Shown: piece after piece, positions 55,477 through 64,000 of the stretch
How positions within the stretch are numbered: the stretch's first letter is position 1
How the letters are laid out: every line of letters starts with the position of its first letter
From: an uncultured Gemmatimonadaceae bacterium
GTDB taxonomy: Bacteria; Gemmatimonadota; Gemmatimonadetes; Gemmatimonadales; Gemmatimonadaceae
Assembly: GCA_963817955.1 (NCBI GenBank)
Contig: CAWFQK010000002.1
Location: forward strand, 640,001 to 704,000
Reading direction: 5' to 3'
DNA: 64,000 nt
Notes under the pieces: generated by a model
Seen by the model: only the letters and a program-made list of their open reading frames with translations
Database searches by the model: none
Told to the model about the DNA's origin: nothing
Program-made: the position numbers and the translations under genes

Positions 55477-56510
55477 GGAGGGAACGCCGCGAAGTCGAAC
55501 GGGGCGCGATGCACTCCACGATCGCTGACGATGGCCGCGATCAGACCCGCCGGAGTGACATCGAACGCCGGGTTATACACATCCACCGAGGGCGGCGCGG
55601 TCTGCGCGCCGAAGCCGCAGCGAACCTCGTCGCCATCGCGCTGCTCGATACAGATGTCGGCGCCGCGCGCCGTGCGCACGTCGAACGTGCTCGTCGGCGC
55701 CGCCACATAAAACGGGATCTCGTGATAGCGCGCCGCGATCGCCACGTGATAGGTGCCAACCTTGTTCGCTACGTCACCGTTCGCCGCAATGCGATCCGCA
55801 CCGACAATGCACAAATCGATGGCCCGCTCACGCATCAACGATGCGGCCGCGCCGTCGGCGAGCACGGTGACGGGTATTCCCGCCCGCTCGAGCTCCCAGG
55901 CCGTCAACCGACTCCCCTGGAGCAGTGGACGCGTCTCGTCGGCGAACACGTGTACCCGCTTGCCCTGCTCCACCGCGACATAAACGGCGGCGAGCGCCGT
56001 GCCCATGCCACCAGTCGCGAGCGCCCCAGTGTTGCAATGCGTGAGCACACGCCCACCGTCGGGAATCAACGCCGCCCCATGCTCGCCAATGGAACGGCAC
56101 ATGGCCCGATCCTCTTCGAGGATCTCGCTGGCGACGCGGCGGATCGACGCGATCATCGCTCGCCCGTCGCCACTCGCCTGTGCGGCTGCGCCAAGCATGC
56201 GGTCGAGCGCCCAGCCCAGGTTGACCGCCGTCGGACGGGTGGCGCGAATCTGCTCGGCGTTCTGGCGGAGCCGCACCAGAAACGCATCACGTCCCAGGTT
56301 GACGTCGCGTCCCATGGAGACGACGAGCCCCATGGCGCCCGCAACGCCGATCGCCGGCGCGCCACGCACGGCGAGCGTGCGGATCGCGTCGCACACGTCG
56401 TCGAGCGTCCGCAGATCGCGCATCACCTCACGCATCGGCAACTGGCGCTGATCGATGATACGCACCGCGTCGCCATTGTCGGACCAGCGAACCGCTTGAA
56501 CGATGTCCAT
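55473..56510 (-). CDS. mtnA: S-methyl-5-thioribose-1-phosphate isomerase
   Basis: VRGAPAIG, TRPTAVNL, THCNTGALAT, ETRPLLQGSRLT, NPAFDVTP. Confidence 0.96.
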   Translation of the reverse strand: MDIVQAVRWSDNGDAVRIIDQRQLPMREVMRDLRTLDDVCDAIRTLAVRGAPAIGVAGAMGLVVSMGRDVNLGRDAFLVRLRQNAEQIRATRPTAVNLGWALDRMLGAAAQASGDGRAMIASIRRVASEILEEDRAMCRSIGEHGAALIPDGGRVLTHCNTGALATGGMGTALAAVYVAVEQGKRVHVFADETRPLLQGSRLTAWELERAGIPVTVLADGAAASLMRERAIDLCIVGADRIAANGDVANKVGTYHVAIAARYHEIPFYVAAPTSTFDVRTARGADICIEQRDGDEVRCGFGAQTAPPSVDVYNPAFDVTPAGLIAAIVSDRGVHRAPFDFAAFPP

Positions 56511-56566
56511 GAATGGAAACGTAGGATTCGGTAGTCCGCGCCGAAAGCCGGCCTTAGATTCCCCGC

Positions 56567-57346
56567 ATGGCCTACGAGACTATCACTTACTCGATCGCCG
56601 ACCGCATTGCGACGATCACCGTCAATCGCCCCGACAAGCTCAATGCGCTGAACGATCGCGTGATCGCCGAGTTGGGGGCAGCAATCGACGACGCACGCCG
56701 CAGCAAGGATGTCGGCGGCATCCTGCTCACCGGAGCAGGACGCGCATTTGTCGCCGGCGCCGACATCTCGGAGCTGGAACAGCACGGCGCTGTGGCCGCA
56801 ATGGCGCTCGCGCAACGCGGACAGCATGTCTTCGCACGCTTCGAGACGTCGCCCAAGCCCACCATCGCGGCGGTGAATGGCTTCGCGCTCGGCGCCGGCT
56901 GCGAGCTCGCGATGTCCTGTCACCTGCGAATCGCGTCGGAGGGGGCCAAGTTCGGCCAACCCGAAGTGAAGCTCGGGCTCGTACCGGGGTACGGCGGTAC
57001 GCAGCGTCTCGCGCGGTTGATCGGCAAGGGCCGGGCGCTGCAGTTGCTGCTCACCGGCGACATGATCGACGCGCAGGAAGCGTATCGCATTGGACTGGTG
57101 AACCGTGTGGTTGCCGGCGACCAGCTCATCACCGCGGCGACCACCATGCTGCAGACGATGCTCACAAACGGACCGCTCGCACTCGCGCATTGCATCGAGA
57201 CCGTGAACAGCGGCTACGACCTGCCGCTCGACGCAGGTTTGACCCTCGAAGCAACGGCGTTCGGACTCCTCGCCGCCACCGAAGACAAGCGCGAAGGAAC
57301 CCGCGCCTTCCTCGAGAAGCGCGCCGCGAAGTTCACCGGCGCGTGA
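56567..57346 (+). CDS. Enoyl-CoA hydratase/crotonase family protein
   Basis: NRPDKLNAL, AFVAGADI, GFALGAGCEL, FGQPEVKLG..PGYGGTQRL. Confidence 0.93.
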   Translation: MAYETITYSIADRIATITVNRPDKLNALNDRVIAELGAAIDDARRSKDVGGILLTGAGRAFVAGADISELEQHGAVAAMALAQRGQHVFARFETSPKPTIAAVNGFALGAGCELAMSCHLRIASEGAKFGQPEVKLGLVPGYGGTQRLARLIGKGRALQLLLTGDMIDAQEAYRIGLVNRVVAGDQLITAATTMLQTMLTNGPLALAHCIETVNSGYDLPLDAGLTLEATAFGLLAATEDKREGTRAFLEKRAAKFTGA

Positions 57347-58470
57347 GTGGCGCGACGGCGCGCCTGATCCGCCTCGCCGTCCGAGACTTTCGCAATCTCG
57401 CGCACGTCGAGCTCATGCCGCCGCCCGAGGGGCTGGTCGTCATCGGCGAGAATGGCCAGGGCAAGACAAACCTGCTCGAGTCCATCTACTACCTGCAAAT
57501 CCTCCGCTCGGCGCGCGGCGCCCGCGATCAGGATCTCGTGCGTTTCGGAGCGGACGGGTTCCACATTGCCGCCCAGGTGGAGACGAATACGCGCCACGAG
57601 CTGGGGGTGGGGTTCGAACGTGCCGGCAAGAAGAAGCGCGTGCGGATCGATGGCGTGGTTCCCGAACGATTGAGCGACGCGCTCGGCGCACTGCCATCCG
57701 TGATGTTCTCCCCGGCCGACGTGGAGCTGATCGCCGGGTCGCCGAATGCCCGACGCCGCTTCCTCGACATCATGCTCGCACTCACCGCCCGGGGCTATCT
57801 CGCCGCGCTGCAGCGCTACCGCGGAGCACTCGCACAACGGAACGCCGCGTTGCGCGAGGCGGCACGCGCCGGACGCATGAATCCATCGAGCGTTGCCGTG
57901 TGGGAACCGGCACTCGCGGAGCACGGAGCCGTCCTGTGGATTGCGCGCCGCGAATGGGTGGCGTCGGTCGAAGGCAGATTCGAGCAGCTGTGCCACGAGA
58001 TCGGCGAGTCGGGTCAGGTTCGTATCCGGTACATGAGCGCCGTTGGCGCGGAGGACGATCCGCGACGCGCGCTCGCCAGCGCGCTCGAAGCGAGGCGATC
58101 GCACGACGTGCGGCGAGGGCTCACCCACACCGGACCTCATCGCGACGATCTCGTCGTCACACTCGACGGCCGCGATCTGCGCATTTTTGGGTCGGCGGGA
58201 CAGCAGCGCACGGCGGCGATCGCCTTGCGGATGCTCGAGGCGGCGACGTTTACAGAACGCTCGGGCCGCGCGCCGCTCTTGCTGCTCGACGATCCGTTCG
58301 CCGAGCTCGACGCGCGTCGTTCGTCGCGCATCTTGCATCTTCTGACACGCGACGGACTCGGCCAAACGATGCTGGCCGTGCCGCGACCCGGAGACATCCC
58401 CGCCGAACTGACCGGCTTCGATCGCCTGCGCGTGAGGGCCGGCGAGATCTCGCGCTTCAGCAGTCCATGA
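57343..58470 (+). CDS. recF: DNA replication/repair protein RecF
   Basis: DFRNL, GENGQGKTNLLESI, RRRFLD, GPHRDDL, GSAGQQRT, LLLDD; GTG start overlaps the upstream stop. Confidence 0.95.
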   Translation: MSGATARLIRLAVRDFRNLAHVELMPPPEGLVVIGENGQGKTNLLESIYYLQILRSARGARDQDLVRFGADGFHIAAQVETNTRHELGVGFERAGKKKRVRIDGVVPERLSDALGALPSVMFSPADVELIAGSPNARRRFLDIMLALTARGYLAALQRYRGALAQRNAALREAARAGRMNPSSVAVWEPALAEHGAVLWIARREWVASVEGRFEQLCHEIGESGQVRIRYMSAVGAEDDPRRALASALEARRSHDVRRGLTHTGPHRDDLVVTLDGRDLRIFGSAGQQRTAAIALRMLEAATFTERSGRAPLLLLDDPFAELDARRSSRILHLLTRDGLGQTMLAVPRPGDIPAELTGFDRLRVRAGEISRFSSP

Positions 58471-58781
58471 CCGAACGCAAGAAGAAGAAGAAGCCGGAAC
58501 CGATCGGCAACATCGTCGCCAATTATCTCGACCGGAGCGGGCTGGCCGCGCGTGTCGAGCAGGCCGGCGTCATCCCGGAGTGGCCAACCCTGGTCGGTCG
58601 CCAGATCGCGGCCGTCACCTCGCCACAGTCGATTACCAGCGGCGGGACGTTGTTCGTGCATGTGACGACCAACGCGTGGATGAACGAGCTTTCGCTCCTC
58701 GAGCCGGAGTTGCTGCGCTCGCTGAACACCACGCCCGGCCGCGCGCCGGTGAAGCGAATTCGGTGGATCTTGGCGCGGTGA
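58467..58781 (+). CDS. dciA: DUF721/DciA family protein
   Basis: W..LVG..IA..T.P..GTLFVHVTTNAWMNEL; position between recF and gyrB. Confidence 0.85.
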   Translation: MTERKKKKKPEPIGNIVANYLDRSGLAARVEQAGVIPEWPTLVGRQIAAVTSPQSITSGGTLFVHVTTNAWMNELSLLEPELLRSLNTTPGRAPVKRIRWILAR

Positions 58782-58846
58782 TGAGGTAGCGTCCGTCGAT
58801 TCGTGCAACCTATTGTTTTTCAACACGTTGCACTATGTCTATCGTC

Positions 58847-58875
58847 TTGCAATTCGTCGCGGATTTTGTTACTTT
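58847..58875 (+). promoter_or_regulatory. sigma70-type promoter for gyrB
   Basis: TTGCAA-17 nt-TACTTT with extended TG; palindrome GTGCAAC-N17-GTTGCAC just upstream (58803-58833). Confidence 0.6.
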
Positions 58876-58932
58876 AATAAGGATGTGGGCGCCCCGACTT
58901 TCGGGCTTTGTGCGGGCTGTCTTTCAGGGTGA

Positions 58933-60879
<1,947 letters not shown>

Positions 60880-60971
60880 GCGGTGAATGCAGGGCCGAGA
60901 GTTGATTTGCAAATAGAGTGCAGTAATCCTAACAATCATCTGCCAACTTGGCGGACGGCGCCGAGTAACAC

Positions 60972-61006
60972 CAAGGGGGCGACCGCATGCTTGGCGGCCG
61001 CCCCTT
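60972..61006. terminator. GC-rich hairpin between convergent gyrB and the Abi gene
   Basis: CAAGGGGGCGACCGC-ATGCTTG-GCGGCCGCCCCTTG; no strong T tail. Confidence 0.45.
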
Positions 61007-61171
61007 GTGCGTCGAATGAGAGGGGCAGGTGCGGCTCGTCACCGAGGCGCGCGACGAAGAACAACGTGGCCTGGGTATCGCGCGACAACGCGCGCTCGGA
61101 TAGGGACTCGTGGCATATGGGGAGGCGTGCGTCATTCGCCCGCGCCCTTTCCAGCGTCGTCCGCTCGCCGG

Positions 61172-62027
61172 TTACGCCAGTGTTACTGCGCCGCCCTTGC
61201 TCTTCGCTTCGTTCTTCCGGCGCGCGCGGGCGAGAAGCGAATCGATCGTCTCAAGGAGTCGGATTCGAACGAGCGGTACTTGGATGTTGGCGTCGAAGAC
61301 GTCCGGCACCTTGTGAAGCGTTGGCGGAACTTGCGACTGTTCCCCGCCCAGCCACCGGAGTGCTTTGCAGATCTCGTCATAGCGCTCCTTCGGCGACGGC
61401 TGCTCAGGCTGCTTCTGCCACACGGGCTCGTGATGGAAGACCCGGTTCCGGAAATGACGGAGCTGATTGATGGTGGCCCTGATGGAGGACATCGTCTCGT
61501 CCTTGGCGTTCGGAAAGACCTGCCGCTCAAACGAGGTTGGAACGGCCGCGATCACCGGATTCCAGAGGTAGACGCCCTTCGTTCCGGGGTGCTCATACGC
61601 AGTCTCGAGCAGCGCGACCCAGAAACCGAACGACATCGCCGCGACCAAGTCGTTGTGGTCGCGGTAGTCGCGCCGCATCTCACCAGTCGTCGGGTCCCGG
61701 ATCAAGTTCGACTTCGCGTCCTGGACCGCGCCCTCGCCGCCAATATGGACAGCCACGCGAGGGTTCCGATCAAGCCACGAGTTGATGTGGTCATAGCGCC
61801 CCGAGGTTGGAAACCGCCGGGCGCATGCGCGATCCAATGTTATTCCGAAGGGCCACTTCGAGTGCCTGCAGCATCGGATAGTAGGCACGGCAGAGCTCGG
61901 CGTTCCAGTAGTATCGCGCCAGCGCGACGCTGTTATCCCCGGATGCTGCACGGAGATACGGCGCCAGTCGGGCGGGCGTGATCTGCTGCACGAGCTGCCC
62001 GATATAGGAGTCTTGCGCTTGGCTCAC
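61172..62027 (-). pseudogene. Abi-family (Abi_2/AbiF-like) HEPN RNase, split by a 1-nt frameshift near 61835
   Basis: N part RLAPY..YYWNAEL..LEVALRN (61791-62027 ORF) joins C part LVAAMSFGFW..LRHFRNRVFHHEP (HEPN RxxxxH) in another frame. Confidence 0.8.
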
Positions 62028-62080
62028 GGGACAGGTAACATGGAGGTGCAGAGCCGATGCACTATGTTGGCCCCCTATGT

Positions 62081-62143
62081 ACCCGCCAGAGCTACGGTCC
62101 TGGCGGGTTTCTGCATTCTACGGCATCGGAGCCGTAGCGGCTA
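62081..62143. promoter_or_regulatory. Hairpin plus minus-strand promoter upstream of the Abi gene
   Basis: ACCCGCCAG-AGCTACGGTC-CTGGCGGGT hairpin (62081-62108); minus-strand TAGCCG-17 nt-TAGAAT (62143-62115). Confidence 0.5.
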
Positions 62144-62338
62144 CCCACCGCAACTGAACTCGCAACCGGAAGACGCCAGCCGGCGACACTGCGCAGCACG
62201 TTCGCGTGCCTTGGCCCTCAACGCGCTGACCGAACCGTTCTCCGCAGCCATCGGTATCCCGTATTTTCTCATAGTCTCCGGCCTTGGGCGTCCGAAACGA
62301 TCATCCAGGGTCCCGGTTTTTCTTCGCAGAGAGTATGC

Positions 62339-64000
62339 GTGCCGCAGACGATAGGATGGCAGGCCGCCCTACCCGACATCTTGCACGCAGCGACTGCGAC
62401 TCGCCGCTTCCCTCCGTTTGATGAGAAGGCGAGGGCGCGCGAAGTCGCCACGCGAGTCAGCGAGGCGAAGAGGTTTCCCTGGTGGCCTGCCGTAGCCGCC
62501 GTCGTCGCAGTTCTATTGCCACACGGCTGGATCTTGACTCTCGCGGCGCTGCTGCTCTTCGGCGGACTGATACACCAGGCCATGCAGCGCAGTGCCGCCC
62601 TTGGGATAGAGCTCAACCGGGAAACCGAGCGGCTCCGAGCGCACCATCGTGCGCAAGCTGCCCGCCTCGAAGCGGCCGTGGCTGCGGCGAATGCTGGCGA
62701 TGGTGCGGCGCTCGGATCCTTGCTCGCTCGCTGGAACACGCTGCGCCCCGACAGCATCAAGCGATTCCGCATCGAGCTGTCGACACGGCGGACGATCACC
62801 GATGCCCGCGAATGTCTGAGCTCAGTGTGGGAACTCCGCGGGGAAGCGATTCGACGAGGGGATGTCCCCGCAGGGATTCCGCGAATCGGGCGCGGCGGGC
62901 GCACGGTGTCCGATAAGCGAAAGGCCGCTGAGATCGACGAGGACCTGGCGGAACTCAACGCAGCCGCGGTCCTCTCCGTTCTCCTCGCACTCTTCTCGGG
63001 ATCATCCAAGCCTGTCCCAATCGTGGTACGGCTGGTTCTACCGAAACCGCCCGGCGGGGAACTCGTTCCCTGGGTTACCCTTTCGCGGCTGATCGATCGC
63101 GTTACGCTCGAACGGGCCCGTGGATCGGTCACCAGCGCAGTGGAAACCATCCGTCGGCTCGGCGGCGATGTGGGTCGCTGGCGGAATCAGCGCGTCACCG
63201 CCGCGGCGGAACCCGTCGGCGACGCGTTCCGCGTGTCGGCGATCTCCGATGGAATGGACTATCGCTTGGACGGAACGCCGCTCGCGTTGCAGGAGCCAAT
63301 CGAGACACTCTCCGAAGGAGCGGCGTTCGGCACCGTACAACTACCACCTCGCGGCGCGCCCATCATTCTCATGGCCGACCGGCATGCGCCATTGACGGCG
63401 CCGCCCATCCTCGCCTCTATGCCGCCAGGATTGACCACTCCAGTCCCGCCGCTCAGGGTGATCGAGGAGCACGCCCAAGACCCGTACGGAAGCCGCGCCA
63501 CAAGCATCAGTTTTGGCGAGGCGGTCACGCAACGTCCGGAGCCCATGGCTGGTGGCGCCATTCCGCACCCACCTCTACAACTTGGAGCGAGCGTTGGCCT
63601 GTCCAGCGCCATCCCAACGCCCCTGAACGTCAACGGCGAGTTCTCATCCGTCGCGCGCAGGTTCGTTGCCTATCGAGGCGAGCCGGTCGCAACGTTCCTC
63701 GCCTACCAGTCGGACCCGACGTACGCGCAGATGGCCCGGGGACAGCTCAAGTACTACTTCGCGTGGCGCCACGCGGTCCGGAACGGAGAGACGCCGCGGA
63801 CAGATCTGAGCTACATCTTGGTGCATGTCTACGAACTGCTCCACGTAATTGGTGCTGAGACTCCCGTGGATGCGTGCCTGCAGCTCGAGCGCCTCTGGCA
63901 GCGCTATCGTGAGACGTTCCCGAAGCTCGACCACTATATGGTAGATTGGATCTCCGACCTCTATGCGACGGAGGTCGGAACCGATACCGCACTCGATTTC
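62339..64000 (+). CDS. Membrane-anchored TerB_N-domain protein (Shango SngA-like); runs off the right edge, absent from ORF track
   Basis: Frame has no stop from 62138 to the end; likely GTG start at 62339; TM pair [80 protein letters not shown] from about 63710. Confidence 0.8.
   Translation, partial: MPQTIGWQAALPDILHAATATRRFPPFDEKARAREVATRVSEAKRFPWWPAVAAVVAVLLPHGWILTLAALLLFGGLIHQAMQRSAALGIELNRETERLRAHHRAQAARLEAAVAAANAGDGAALGSLLARWNTLRPDSIKRFRIELSTRRTITDARECLSSVWELRGEAIRRGDVPAGIPRIGRGGRTVSDKRKAAEIDEDLAELNAAAVLSVLLALFSGSSKPVPIVVRLVLPKPPGGELVPWVTLSRLIDRVTLERARGSVTSAVETIRRLGGDVGRWRNQRVTAAAEPVGDAFRVSAISDGMDYRLDGTPLALQEPIETLSEGAAFGTVQLPPRGAPIILMADRHAPLTAPPILASMPPGLTTPVPPLRVIEEHAQDPYGSRATSISFGEAVTQRPEPMAGGAIPHPPLQLGASVGLSSAIPTPLNVNGEFSSVARRFVAYRGEPVATFLAYQSDPTYAQMARGQLKYYFAWRHAVRNGETPRTDLSYILVHVYELLHVIGAETPVDACLQLERLWQRYRETFPKLDHYMVDWISDLYATEVGTDTALDF

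Noticed and set aside
56503..57342. RecF N-terminal extension implied by the 655-aa ORF
   Set aside because: Overlaps the enoyl-CoA hydratase in another frame; RecF motifs begin after 57343.
62269..63150. 293-aa minus-strand ORF
   Set aside because: Antisense in register to the TerB_N gene; no motifs.

Overview
GC-rich bacterial chromosome segment, most likely Gemmatimonadota (inferred from gene content and protein style). Positions 1.2-33.9 kb on the minus strand hold the core translation/transcription cluster: four tRNAs, rpmG-secE-nusG-rplKAJL-rpoBC, rpsLG, fusA-tuf, then the S10 and spc operons through secY-adk-map. The str operon is split: a terminator and two unrelated genes sit between rpsG and fusA, and fusA has its own promoter and a ~415-nt highly structured leader with a terminator-like hairpin. 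Several ribosomal proteins carry unusual low-complexity extensions, and many spacers contain inverted 7-bp-period repeat arrays. Positions 34-61 kb hold cysS (frameshifted at a G8 run), a ~0.8 kb cluster of REP/MITE-like repeats, a YbjN-PspA-AI-2E module, sdaAB/sdaAA, uvrA, a cutA-TPR-transglutaminase-ABC operon, a variant ccmEFH cluster, UDG, glpK, mtnA, an enoyl-CoA hydratase and recF-dciA-gyrB. The last 3 kb look like the start of a defence island: a frameshifted Abi-family HEPN RNase gene with a hairpin/possible pseudoknot RNA upstream, and a divergent membrane-anchored TerB_N (Shango SngA-like) fusion that runs off the window. All family assignments are by motif recognition only; no database searches were run.
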